From Cenococcum geophilum (lineage: Eukaryota): 64,000 nucleotides of DNA. The stretch spans positions 1,674,001-1,738,000 of the forward strand of contig CP158635.1 of assembly GCA_050273025.1 (NCBI GenBank), written 5' to 3'. The notes beneath the pieces were generated by a model. The model ran no database searches. It was not told the origin of the DNA and worked only from the letters and a program-made list of their open reading frames with translations. Below, one piece after another: positions 28,401 to 41,500 of this stretch. Within the stretch, counting starts at the first letter, position 1. Each line of letters starts with the position of its first letter. A program made the position numbers and the translations under genes.

Positions 28401-30047
28401 TTTATATAACTACCCCTTAAGCTTAATTTATAACTAGGAACAATTTTATAGGTTATAAAACCCCTTTACGGAGTACTAAAAGCTAGAAACTACTAGTTTA
28501 AAACGTATTACTAGCATTATATTAGTAAACTTAAAATGAAATAGTTAACTTATAACCTCTACCTCCTATATACCCTATTAAACGGTCTTGGTATTATTGG
28601 ACTCTAAATAGATAATACTCTTTTCTTAGCGGACCGGACTTTTATAGACGCTAAAGAGACTAAACTATAAGAGGTAAAGTTCTTAGTAAAGCTATAAGAG
28701 CAGTTAACTAAGTAGACTCTAATTAAGTTTAATAGAGGCTTAATTATATAAAAGGGTAACCTAATCTAGCTAACTTAGGAACGCTAAGCTTAAAACCTAA
28801 AGCTTATTATAGTAAAGCCTACGGACCTTACTAGTTCCTATAGAGAGACCTATAAGACCGTAAATATAAAGGACTAATACGTTATACAGCGTATAAAAGG
28901 CGCCTATATTACTATAGTCTATTAACCTAAATCTGCCTATAATCTATCCTTTACGGCCTAGGTAATAAATCTATAAAAGAAAAATATTAACTAGCTTAAT
29001 AAACGTATTTAGTAGCAAATTAATAATATAATACGAGGACTTACTTTTATGCCACTAGACTTAAATTTCCTTAGCTTACTAGTATTTACGGACGCCTTTT
29101 TCGCTAATAATAGGGACCTATTATTACAAATCGGCTTTATAATTATACTTATAGACCGTAATTAGGATATAAATATAATTTATTAGTCTTTAATTAAGTG
29201 CAAACAAGTAACCTATAGTATACTAGCTTTTTAGCTATACGTATTAGCTTATGGCTTTAATATAGGAGCTGTAATTAAGTTAACAATTTAGAAGATCCTA
29301 TAATTAGAGCAATTACCCCTAGTTCTATACACTAATTTAAAGTCCCTTTATAACTGTATAGTTAAACTAGGTACGATATAAGAGAAGAGGCTTATAGTTA
29401 ACTTAATATACTTATATTAGGCCTATAAATAACGTAAGATTATAGAGGTTAAATAAATTAGTAGCGGAGATAACCTAGCGGATGCTATAGCTAAGGCAAA
29501 GCCGTGCTAAGCTCTTAAACCCCTAATTAATATAAATAAGCTTAATCTAAAGGTTATAGAATGGGTAGAACAAGACTAATAGAGTACTTATAGTTTATTT
29601 ACGGCCCGTTGGAAGGCCGTATAGTTTATTTATAGTCCGTTAGAAGGCCGTACGGTTTATTTTATAGGCCGTAAGTAGGACTTACAGCTAGCTTAAGGCA
29701 CCGTTTAGAAGGCAGCCTAGAAGGCACCTTAGGAGGGATTTCCTATATATTTCTTTTATATTTTACAGTTCTAATAAGGCAATTACGGAGGCTATATACA
29801 AGTAAGTCTATCTTTAAGTGCCGCTAGTGTATAATTATAGCACCTAGTATACCAAACGCGTATTTATACGTTTAGTGCACTAACCACTTACTTATAACTA
29901 ATTAGGGGGGAGGGCGCGTTAGTATATAGACTACGTAGTCTACCTTAATAGAATCGACAGTTACCACCATCTAAAAGAGCATACGATACTATATGTATTT
30001 TGTGCCCCTAGATATAACTTACTTATATTATTAAATTGATACAAACA
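25420..30047 (+). mobile_element. Second GalEa-like Copia copy 'D' (from mid-gag to the 3' LTR), same family as C and inverted relative to it
   Basis: Co-linear with the reverse complement of 17485-~22235. Motifs: CFMCGKEG(C)(W)ST.(H) (~26013), protease IDTG (~26433), QTDD (~28606), ADAM.K (~29478). 3' LTR 29828-30047 (TGTATAATT...ACAAACA). Its left edge abuts the terminal LTR base of Gypsy A. Confidence 0.92.
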
Positions 30048-31016
30048 TTTAGTTTAATATCTCCTATATTAACGGGATTGGATATTAATTCTTAACGGTA
30101 ATGGCGTTAAAAGCTTAGTAGTCTATATAGAAGCGCAAACCGCCGCCGGGTTTCTTAATAAAGATTACTAGTGCGGCTATAGGCGATAAGCTTACTCTAA
30201 TAAATCCTTTACTTAGGTTCTTATCTAAATACTTTTATAGCACTTAGAGTTTATTTTAGGATATCCTATATAGCGTCAGGAAAACGGGAAGTGGCGCAGG
30301 AAATTTGGTTTCGCTAAAAGTATTTTTAGGGCCCGGGGCCAGCTTTCCGCCATATTAGCTGACCCCCTAGAGCCCGGGGCTAGCTTTTCGCCATATTAGC
30401 TGACCCCCTAGAGCCCGGGGCTAGCTTTTCGCCATATTAGCTAACCCCCTAGAGCCCAGGGCTAGCTTTTTGCCATATTAGCTAACCCCCTAGAGCTATA
30501 CGCCAGCATTACGCTAGCTTACGGCTATAAAATAAATATTGTTACTATTATTGCGTTTATTGCTATTAGGGTATTAAAATCCTAAAGGCCTCCTGGTAGG
30601 CTCCTAGCAGGCTTCCTAGCAGGACTTTGATTTTCCCAATTATATAAATCGTCCTAAGTACCATCGGGTCCCCGCTATATTCCCGACAGCCTCTACGCGT
30701 GCCTTTACATACCCCTTGCACACCTAAATGCCACCTTTACCCTTCCTTCCTTACATCCTCCCTACTTAGGGAGGCACCAGAACGGTAGCCAGAGGACTGT
30801 GACTAGAACCAGACGACCGTCGCCAGAACCAGACGACTGTCCTAGAACTAGACGACCGTCGCTGGAACTAGATGACCGTTGCTAGATCTAGACGGCCGCA
30901 CCCCAGACGACTACCGTTCGAATGTACAGCCAGCGAACGGCCATAGAGAACAATTCGAATCAATCAGAGCCTTCAATCAGGCCGACTCCTCCCCCAAATT
31001 GAACCAGACACTAGCG

Positions 31017-31017
<1 letters not shown>

Positions 31018-31068
<51 letters not shown>

Positions 31069-31110
31069 TAGGTAGGTAGGCAGACAGGTAGGTAGGTAGG
31101 CAGGTAGGAG
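31018..31110. repeat. (GGCA)n/(GGTA)n microsatellite
   Basis: Directly visible; also present at ~38000-38068 and ~58655-58745. Confidence 0.9.
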
Positions 31111-31485
31111 AGGACCGTCGCCAGAACTAGACGACCGTCGCCAGAGCCAGACGATAATCGTTTAAACGACCAACCAGCGAACACCACGATCAATTCAATC
31201 GATCGATCGAATCGAACTAGAGCCTCGATATTATCCCGTTATCGAATCAAATCGAATCAAGGCCTCTTAGGGAGGCACCCCAGACGACCACCGTTTAAAC
31301 GTACAGCCAGCGAACGCCCAGAGAGAACGATTCGAATTAATACAATTAATCGCAATCAAATTAAGCAGAGCCTTCGATCGGGCCGACTTCTCCCCCAAAT
31401 TACAGATACAGACAGGTAGGCATAGACAAGTAGGCACGACAGGCAGGCACAGACAGGTAGGCACGAACAAGTAGGACGGTCAGAT

Positions 31486-31585
31486 AGGTAGGACAGGTAG
31501 GACAGGTAGGACAGGTAGGACAGGTAGGACAGGTAGGACAGGTAGGACAGGTAGGACAGGCAGGACACGCAGGACACGCAGGCAC
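31486..31585. repeat. 9-bp minisatellite (GGACAGGTA)n
   Basis: Directly visible; related arrays at ~59128-59245 and, inverted, at ~60656-60848. Confidence 0.9.
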
Positions 31586-32889
31586 TAGGCCTAGTTAGGA
31601 AATTAGTACATGGCCGGCGGATTATCGGGAACGCCGCCAATTGACGATTTGGAGCCTCTGTGAGAGATATCCCTTATAGCTACCATTAATTTTAAATTTT
31701 AAATTTTAAATTTTGAATTTTGAATTTTGAATTTTATTATTTATTTTATAATTATAAATATTGCAGCTATAGGAAATATTATATAAAATATATAAAACGT
31801 ACAAAATGTATAAAACGTATAAAACGTATAAAATGTGCTAATGTTGCTAATATGGCCCCGGGCTAGCGTAAATAAGTGTACATGAGCAGATCAGCGGATC
31901 CAGCTGAAATGACCCCGGGCCAGCCCCGGGCCAGCCCCTAGCTAGCCCCTACCACTCTCCCGTTTTCCTAACGAGGGGTCTAAATCTAGGCTGCTTTTCT
32001 TCTTTAAGTATAATCTTATAGTTATATAATTGGTGTTCTAATAGCTTATCGGCTTCCTTCTATAAAAATACCTTTAGGCGGTTATAGTACTCTACTAGTA
32101 CCTTTATAGCAAGGTCGGTATACTTTTTCAGTACTAAGGCCTTCTTAATATTAGCTATAGTAACAATAAAAATCGTATATTTAGGTTTCTTAGTAAGTTA
32201 CGCTAGTGGGGTAGCTCTAATTATGCAGATATTTAGGGTATTAAGCTCGCTTAGATTGTCCATAGTTTCTTATTTAGGTTTAGGTTTAGTATTAGATATA
32301 GAGTTAGTATTAGATTTAGGTTCAGGTTCTTTAAGAATCCTTTTTATAATAGAGTACTAGTCCTTCTAATATTTTTATGTATTAAGCTTAAGCTTCTACT
32401 TAGCTTAGGGCGGTATAGTGCTTAGTAATAACTTATAGAATTTAGTAGGGGTTTCGGATCCTTGGTAGATGTTAGTAGAATTCTTATATTAGTGGAATTT
32501 AGTGGAATTCTTATGCTAGTGGAATCTGGTAGATTCCTTGGGCGTAGAGTAGACATTAGTAGAAATCTTACGTTAGTAGAATTTAGTGGAATTCCTAGGT
32601 TAGTGGAATTTAGTGGATTTCTTAGGTATAAGGTAGACAGTTATAGAAATTTTAAACTAGTACGTTAGGAAAAAATTTACCAGCATCTAATTTTACTTTT
32701 CTGCCATTTTAGCATTTTCTAGCATTTAGCAGCTAAATGCGGCATTTATTACTAAGTACTAGCATTTTGCGCCAAATGCCGCATTTATAATTAAGTATTA
32801 GCATTTAGCTGCTAAATGCTAGAAAATGCTAAAATGGCAGAAAAGTAAAATTAGATGCTATAATTTTTTCCTAAAGTTCTATATAAAGT

Positions 32890-33388
32890 TCGAAGTTCTG
32901 CACGAAGCTCTACACGAGGCTCTGCACGAAGCTCTACACAAGGCTCTGCACGAAGCTCTACACGAAGCTCTGCACGAAGTTCTACACGAGGCTCTGCACG
33001 AAGCTCTACACGAAGCTCTGCACGAAGTTCTACACGAAGCTCTGCACGAAGTTCTACACGAAGCTCTGCACGAAGTTCTACACGAGGCTCTGCACGAAGC
33101 TCTACACGAAGCTCTGCACGAAGTTCTACACGAAGCTCTGCACGAAGTTCTACACGAAGCTCTGCACGAAGCTCTGCACGAAGTTCTACACGAAGCTCTG
33201 CACGAAGCTCTGCACGAAGCTCTGCACGAAGCTCTGCACGAAGCTCTGCACGAAGCTCTGCACGAAGCTCTGCACGAAGCTCTGCACGAAGCTCTGCACG
33301 AGGCTCTACACAAGGCTCTACATAAAGCTCTGCGTACAGAGGCTCTGCACAAGGCTCTGCGCGAAGCTCTGCGTACGGAGGCTCTACA
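32890..33388. repeat. 12-bp tandem array (CTCTGCACGAAG)n, about 40 units
   Basis: Directly visible. It resumes at 37408-37450 after the MULE insertion, and an inverted copy lies at ~61835-62295. Confidence 0.95.
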
Positions 33389-36300
33389 GAGTCTGGAGCT
33401 CGGCCTGTGTTGCCGAAAGCTCCGGGAGTACTGGCCAAGGCCCTAAAACCTCGGCTAGTGTAGATATTTTGGCTCCGGCCCAACTTCACTAGGTACACAA
33501 TCTAACTTTTACTACGCTATATTAAGACGCTATAATTTAATTGTTTTTTAATTTTAACGTTTTAAAGGTGGTTTTAATAATTTATTATGTTTCTATAATA
33601 GAAGAATAGCTTATAGATAAAGTAAGTTGTAGTAGGTTATATTTAGGTTATATTAAGGTTATATTAAGGTTATATTAAGGTTATATTAAGGATCTAATAT
33701 AGGTATAAATTCTAGAGAAGTAGAGGCAAATTAGAGTAGAAAAGGTATTTATTAATATTCTATTTATATTATTATTTAAATTTAATTAGACTATATTAGT
33801 TCCTACTAAATCCCTCTTAGCCCCTATAGAATAATAACGATAGTATAAGGTAATAGGCTCTATATTACCTAGACTACTATAAAAGGTAAGTAAGTAACTA
33901 GCTTAATGCTAAGTATAGCTATACAGAACAATATATATAGGTAAGGCGACTTCGTTACCTAACGGATAGCTCTATTATAAGCAGCGTAAGTATATATTTA
34001 GGTTATATCTATAATTTAATATAGAAATAGATACCGCCTAATAGCCTAAATATATAATTATATAATAAGGATCTAATTAGGATATAGAATAAGAACTTTC
34101 TCTAAAATAGGTATGTAAATCTTTTTATAAGGATAGTATAAGTATAAGATATAAATTATATTTTAGATAAAACTATATTATATCTATAATATAACCTTAA
34201 TATATTATTAATAAGGTTCTTTATAGCCCTATTTAAGGTCTAAATATTAGTATAATAGCTATACGTAGTACTTTAGAGTAACTTTTAGGTTATATCTTAA
34301 AGAACTTATTTCCTAGGATAATCTAAGCTCTTTAAACTTAGATAATAGTAGGAGTGAGGGTTCTAGTACTCCTAATACTACTTTATAGCTAAATACTATA
34401 ATAAGGCGCATTTCTAGCGCCCTAGCTCTATATACTAAGGTATAGTATATTAGGCTTAGTAAGCGCCTAATATAGGTACTATTCTTCTATATTAAGGTAA
34501 TATCTAGTATATATCTGGCTTATATCTAGGATCTAACTTTAATATAGTACTATAGTAAACATCACTTTATCTATATTCTGCTAGAGGATATTTTCTCTAA
34601 ATAGGATTATACTATTAGGAAGATTCTAGTTATAAGTGCTATATATCTCTATTTTATCCTAGATCTAACTATAATAAGATCTAAATACTAAATATAATAT
34701 TTATACTTAGGGAATAAAATTTACTAATAGTTATAGAGGATTAATTAAGTATATTAAATTATATTTCTAGGTAAAACCCTAAATATATCTATATTATAAC
34801 TAGCTTTTAACCTAAAAAATAAAGAAAAATATAGGCTATATAATTTATAGTATAAAGCCTAGAGGTTAAAAAGAACTATAATTTAGTAATTTAGCTAGTA
34901 TATTTATCTATATATCTATATTATATCCTAGATCTAACCTACTATAGTAGCTTAGTAAACCCTTTATAAAGCTATCTAGATAGAGGTAGAACTAAATATT
35001 ATATACCCTATTAGTAAGGCAGTTAAAAAGGCTAGAATTTATAATAATATAAACTATTACTCTTCTATTTAGAATATATTAATAATATATTAATAATCTA
35101 ATTAGAAATAGAACTTAATTTTACTAAATAGAACGCTATTAGATATTATAGATAACCTTAAGGGTAATAAGCCTTTTAATATAGTTAAGAGCTATACTAA
35201 GTATCTAGGATAGGTTAGATTTTAAATATAGTATAGTTCTATCTTAGTTCTATCCTAGTTCTATCCTAGTTTTATCCTTTACTACTAAGTATTAAGTATA
35301 GAGTATAGTAGGAGTATTTAAAATCGGCTTTTTCTTAAATATTATAATATCTTTATATTTAGGTAATTACCTTAATATAACCTATACTCCTTATACTTAT
35401 AAGTATAAAAACTTATATTAACTAAGTTTTTATTATAATTTTCTAAGCTCTAACTCTATCTTTTAATTTTATAGTTTAATTACTTTTACTTTAGCTTTTA
35501 TATATAGAACCTAGGCTTCTTATTTATAAATATTTAATTAAGATTATTATAATATTAACTATTATAAGAATTAAGCTTATTAAGTAATAGTTATATAAAG
35601 TAAAGACTATAAGCTACTCTTATATACTAAATATAATTGGCTTATAAGCTAGATATATTAAGGATATATCTAGATAATCTTACCTAATAGTAAAATAGAC
35701 CTAGAATATAGTAAAACCTAACTATTATTTAATATTATAATAGAGGAGACTAAAATATATTAGCTTTATAGAATTTAGTAAGATCTAAAATATAATATAC
35801 TAGAGTAAATAGAGGCTATAGATTATAAGTGAGATTTTAATTATACGCCTTATAAACTTTATAATTAAAACTATAGGTATATACTAGTTTTAGAAGATAA
35901 TATACCCAATATATCTAATATAATAGATATAATAATATAATAATATAATAATATATATATAATATTTATATATCCTTTTCTCGTCTTCCTCTATAATTTC
36001 CTTATAGTAAAAATTTTATAGCTAAGAGTATAAATATTTATAATAAAATACGCCTATATAGAGTATCTATTTTCTAAAGCACTTTAGAGGCTAAAAAGAG
36101 TATATATTATACTTATTTTATCCTTTAATATATATAAATATTATATCTATTAATATTAGAACTAAGTTATATATAAGATATATCTAGGATATATCTAGGA
36201 TATAGTCTTTTATATTTTTATATATCTTAGTAATATTCTTATTATATATCTCTAGATTAGATAAATCTATAATATATTTAATTCTATACTTAGAGGATAT

Positions 36301-37407
36301 AGAATATTCTAGTATCTTTTAACTAAATATAAGTCTTTTTATTACTAGAGATCTAGTTTATATAATTAATATTAAGCCTAGTTATATTATAGAATTCTAC
36401 TTATTACTAGCGTTAAAGAAAAGGCATTAGTAGATTATTATAGCTAGTATTTAGGATTATGTATTTTTTATAATACTCTTAATATAAGCTAGATATATCC
36501 TAGTTACTATCTTTAATATATATATATATATATATTCTTCTTATACTTATTACCCTTTATAAAAGAAGTACTCTTATAATTATTTAAAATCTTTAATTAA
36601 GAACTAAGTTGCTTTTATTAGTAGTAGTATAAAAGAACTATCTAAGATAGGTAAGTGCGTGGGGGTGCCTAGATTATATTCTAGATATATTACTAATATA
36701 TCCTAGGTTATATCCTAGATATATTCTAGATTATATTTTAGATTATATCCCAGGTTATATCCTAAATATATTCTTAATTATATCCTAGGTTATATCCTAA
36801 ATATATTTTTAATTATATTCTAGGTTATATCCTAGATATATTCTTAATTATATCCTAGGTTATATCCTAGATATATTCTTAATTATATTCTAGGTTATAT
36901 CCTAAATATATATCCTAAATATATTCTTAATTATATTCTAGGTTATATCCTAGATATATTCTTAATTATATCCCAGATTATATCCTAGATATATTCTTAA
37001 TTATATCTTAGGTTATATCCTAAATATATTCTTAATTATATCCTAAGTTATATCCTAAATATATTTTAGATTATATCCTAAGTTATATCCTAGATATATT
37101 CTTAATTATATCCTAGGTTATATCTTAGGTTATATTCTAGATATATCTTTACGCAATTTAAAGTAGTTATATATTATTAGTTATTTCTAATCTAGAGATT
37201 ATACAATCTTAAATATCCTAAAGATAGGATATAGTTATAATATTATATAATTAAGTATATAAATGGCGATAATTTTAAATAATTTTGTATTGAAACCTCA
37301 TTAAGTGTGCGCGCACGGTGTTAAAGTTCATCCAGTGTAAGATTTTGTAACGTGGCGTATTTCCACACTCCCGGAGCTTTCGGCAACACTGGCCGAGCTG
37401 TATGCTC
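33389..37407. mobile_element. Mutator-like (MULE) element, ~4.0 kb, with a heavily RIPed interior
   Basis: GAG...CTC termini. The imperfect ~41-bp TIR has a 33-bp core AGCTCGGCC(T/A)GTGTTGCCGAAAGCTCCGGGAGT with one mismatch. 9-bp TSD GGCTCTACA at 33380-33388 and 37408-37416. I did not recognise a transposase motif. Confidence 0.7.
36670..37145. repeat. AT-rich tandem array with 11-bp subunits in ~33-bp higher-order units (TTATATCCTAG...)
   Basis: Repeated TTATATCCTAGGTTATATCCTAGATATATTCTTAA-like units near the right end of the MULE. Confidence 0.85.
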
Positions 37408-38001
37408 GGCTCTACACGAAGCTCTGCGTACGGAGGCTCTACACGAAGCTCCGCATCGGGTCCCCGCTATATTCCCGATAGCCTCTACACGTGCCTCTGC
37501 CAAGTATACCCCCTATATACACCTAGGTAGCCACCTCATTTTTTACCCTTCCTTACATCCTCCCTACCTAGGAAGACACCAGAACGACAGCCAGCAGACG
37601 ACCGTCGCCGGAGCTAGACGACCGTCGCCGGAGCTAGATGACCGTCGCCAGAGCTGGACGATCGTCGTCAGAGCCAGACGACCGTCGTCAGAGCCAGATG
37701 ACCGTCGTCAGAGCCAGACGACCGTCGCCGGAGCCAGATGACCGTCGCCAGAGCTAGACGACCGTCAGAGCCAGACGACCGTCGTCAGAGCCGGATGACC
37801 GTCGCCAGAGCTAGACGACCGTCGTCATCGCCACACGACCGTCGTCATCGCCACACGACCGTCGCCAGAGCCACACGACAACCGTTCGAACGACCAGCCA
37901 GCGAACACGATAAACGATTCGATCGATCGATCGAATCAAGGTGACATAGACAGGTAGGCACAGACAGGTAGGCACAGATAGGTAGGCATAGATGGGTAGG
38001 T

Positions 38002-38036
<35 letters not shown>

Positions 38037-38109
38037 GGTAGGCAGGCAGGCAGGCAGGCAGGCAGGTAGAAGAGAACCGTCGCTATATATTAAATTATCT
38101 AAAATAATA

Positions 38110-38535
38110 ACGTATTCCACCATCGAGCCGGCAGAACCATCGAGCCGGCAAGTCCATTTCCCCACCAAAAATTATAAAAATCATAATATAATATCTTAAC
38201 AACCACTTAATAATAAATTCTAATAATTTAGATTTAGACTTTTATATACACTCTATAGCTTCTATTAAAGTTGCATAGTAAATAGTTTAGTAGTTTTTAA
38301 GATATAGTAATTTGGCTATATTTTGGCCCCCAAATTTTAATACCTTAAAAACTACTAAACTATTTACTATGCAACTTTAATAGAAGCTGTAGAGTGTATA
38401 TAAAAGTCTAAATCTAAATTATTAGAATTTATTATTAAGTGGTTGTTAAGAGATTATATTGTGATTTTTATAATTTTTAGTGGGGAAATGGACTTGCCGG
38501 CTCGATGGTTCTGCCGGCTCGATGGTGGAATACGT
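38110..38535. mobile_element. Palindromic MITE (426 bp) with Tc1/mariner-pogo-type ends
   Basis: TA|ACGTATTCCACCATCGAG...CTCGATGGTGGAATACGT|TA. The ~190-bp arms are near-perfect inverted repeats and the TSD is TA. Confidence 0.9.
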
Positions 38536-41500
38536 TATAATTTTGTACCAACTATATAAACCAAGCAAATACAATTAAGTGCGTAGGAAGAGCAAGATAT
38601 ATAGAATGCGCGAGAAGGGCATTATATACAGAATGCACGAGAAGGGCAGAATGCACGAGAAGGGCAGAATGCACGAGGAGGGCATTATATATTAATTGCG
38701 CATTAAGTGCAAAATGCGCAATTAGCTGCACTGCATTGTTAAATACGGCAGTATGCTGCACCATATTGTTAAATACGGCAGTTAGCTACACCGCGTTGTT
38801 AAATACAGTAGTATACGGCAGTATGCTGCATCGCATTATTAAATACAGCAGTATGCCGCACCGCATTATTAAATACGGCAGTATGCCGCACCTTAGTCGA
38901 TACCATACGCTACACGTTGTAGTGCGCGGAATGCGCATTTGGCCGCCAAATGCTGCCAAATGCTGCAAAAATGCTGGTAAATTTTTTCCTGACGTAGATT
39001 CTAGTAGATTTTTAAATTTTAGTTTTATATCTAAGTAGCGAGTTATAAGGCACTTCTACTTATAACGGAAGGTGGTAAATAGAAGCTTAAGGGTGTTTTA
39101 ATTAATAGTCACCTTATATAGCTTTATCTAGGGTTATCTAGGGATTACTAAATAACCTAGGGTGGTAACAAAAAGTTTAATTAATTCTTTATAATTTAGG
39201 TATTAAAGTCTTAGGAATACTATATAGGTAATATAGCCTACAACGGTGCGTTTATTATTAAATCTAAATACGTTAATATACCGGTTAAGGGGGGTTAGGG
39301 TAAAACTATTATCTTATATAAAGATCTTGTTAATAAATCCTATACCACTAGCTCCTGTATTAATTAGGATTTAAGCGTTAGCCTATTAACTATTCTATTA
39401 AAGGCGGTAGTTAATAGTTATACTACGGTCCTAAAAGTTAGAGTTTATAATATTAAATACGTTTAATAAGATCCTATAGTAGAGCCGTCCTAGAGAGTAA
39501 CTTAGCCCTAAGACCTTTCTTTTAGAGGTAATTAGGGCGGGGTTCTTATAGGACGTTAGTTAGAGCTTTATTCTTATAAACAGTACTTATTAAATAAAGG
39601 GCTAGAACTAAATAAGGAGGGCTATACTTAATAGCTTAAGGTCGGGCGCGATAAATAGTTACTAACGTTAGCAATTTATAAATTGTTTTAGGGCGTAGGT
39701 AAGAAAACAAGGCAGTATTTTAAGATATAGTCCTTACTTCCGTACTTAAAGCAAAGGCCTAGCTTAATGCGTCTTTCTTATTTAGGGGACCCTAGTAAGG
39801 CGTACTCTAGGGTTTTAGTGTTAATATCTATAGCGTTAGAGTGTTTAGGCTAAGATAATAACTTAGTAAATATTTATGGAGTTGCCATATTATATTAGGG
39901 AGTAGGCTTCGGTATTAGGCGTAGTATATTATTATACCGTTTATTAATAACGTTTACGCAGGCATTAAGGGCTCTAGGTAGGTCTACGCCTATTAGGGAG
40001 GTTTTTAGTTTAGGGCTTAGGGATTTAATAAGGCTATTAACTAGTGCAGAGTCGTTTTAGCTAGTCTCTTTTACATAACAGTTAAATTCGGAGAAGTATA
40101 CTAGGAAACTTTTTATTCCTTAAGCTATATAGTTTATCTTTCTCTAAGTAGTAGCTTAGTAGTTTGGATTACTATATATAGCCCCAAAAAGTATAACTAA
40201 GCTTTATACTAAGTTTGGTTAGAGGGGTTTAATAAGGTTAGCTACCTTTTCTTTTAGTTAACTTAGGGCGTAATAGAGTTAGTTAGCTTTAGTTAGGTAA
40301 TAGTTAGCGTTACTAGTTAGCTTATTCTTAAGCTAGCTTAGAAATAATTAAAGCTCTTACCGTTTACTGGTAAATACTAGAGGGTTAGGTAGCCGTTTAG
40401 ATCATTATAATGCAGTAATTAGTTTAGGGTGGACAGCTACTATAGGTTTGGGGCTTACATTCCGCGTATTTATCTCTAAAGATAGTATTTGGTCTTAAGG
40501 CTCTAATATAGGCATCTTAAGTATGCAGATTTCTTCTTAGAGGTTCTTAATTAATCGCTAGTATCATACTTCTTATTTAGCTTATTATTAATTTAAAGTG
40601 GCTTGGTTTTATATAAGGGCGTCTATAAAAGACTTCTATATCTCTACTAGTTATTCTTAAAGTATAGATATAATACTAGCGGCCGTTATAGGGGCTTTAG
40701 GGTCGTTTTGTATTTTAGAGGTAGTATATAAAGTTAACGCAACGTAGTATTACGGAGTAAGTATAAGCGGCGATAATATATAGCAAAGTAGATATTATTA
40801 AGCTATATATATAAACTATATAAGAAGTTAAGACATTATATAAGGAAAGAAGGTAGAAAATGGGAAGAAAGGGTATTGTTACGGCACTAACCTAACGCAT
40901 ACTGTTTTATACTGTCTCGTACTGTTTCCTACTGTTAGCTAGCCCACCACTAGCGACTTAGCGGCCGGCCCTACTATTTATATACAATACCCCCTTTCTA
41001 CCTTCTTCCCCTCTTTATACCATAACGTAGTTATTTAGTCTACTTTATTGCAGCACTGTAACAGTTTGTGGTATCTTTAATTTACGCCCCATCGTAATTA
41101 CTAATTCCCTGTACCCTAACCAATTAACCTCCGCCCTAAAGTAATCGCGACCTATATACGCCCCTACTAAAACTAATACATCCCTAGCATAGTCCTAGAA
41201 TAATCCTTAGTTTTTACCTAGCACCTAGATAGGCGACACTAATAACGCCAAAATGGCCGAAACCTAGAACCCCCGCGATGTTTTTATAGACCTCTTTATA
41301 GAGACATACCCTAATATCACGTAGATAATCCGCCGCTCCCCACTATACCCTAAGACCTTTAAGCCTAGTAAAGCTTACTTTACCCTTATTAACTATACCA
41401 ACGAGTTCCTTAGTAATATTAAAGTAGGACTATAGTGCATATATAACACAAACACCGCTAATAAAAAAGCTAACGAAAACCTTAGTGCCCTTATCGCTTC

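Larger units (their letters stand above)
30274..31973. mobile_element. Non-autonomous TIR DNA element (1700 bp) with CGTCAGG termini and 2-bp TSD AG; possibly CMC/CACTA-like
   Basis: CGTCAGGAAAACGGG... and ...CCCGTTTTCCTAACG ends. Removing it plus one AG restores the Gypsy RT frame. ~40-bp subterminal tandem repeats on the left and GGCCAGCCCC repeats on the right. A second copy lies at 57799-59635. Confidence 0.85.
32663..38994. mobile_element. Non-autonomous TIR element with CG(T/C)CAGG-type termini and 2-bp TSD TA; ~1.9 kb after removing the nested MULE and MITE
   Basis: CGTTAGGAAAAAATTTACCAGCAT... and ...ATGCTGGTAAATTTTTTCCTGACG form a 24-bp TIR with one RIP mismatch. TA lies on both sides within Gypsy E. 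Internal modules are shared with 30274-31973. Confidence 0.85.

Noticed and set aside
30330..30520. Regularly spaced ~40-bp repeats resembling a CRISPR array (also 57860-58040 and 37595-37880)
   Set aside because: They are head-to-tail tandem units with no unique spacers, in a eukaryotic transposon context with no cas genes.
30879..31640. Cys/Pro-rich ORFs (PTCPTC, ACLP, LSYLSY), also at 58863-59303 and 60499-61025
   Set aside because: They are microsatellite and 9-bp minisatellite translations, not metallothionein-like or effector genes.
32826..33498. ORFs of 206, 215 and 157 aa (EALH, RAEL and CRAS repeats)
   Set aside because: They are translations of a stop-free 12-bp tandem array open on both strands; there is no evidence of a real protein.
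35100..35150. LILLNGTP-like string suggesting an SF2 helicase motif III within the MULE
   Set aside because: It is a single short match requiring RIP reversion, and I found no convincing Walker A or DExH motif.
37321..38168. ORFs of 60-129 aa
   Set aside because: They span the MULE TIR and 20-bp repeat modules, cross element boundaries, and show no recognisable domain.
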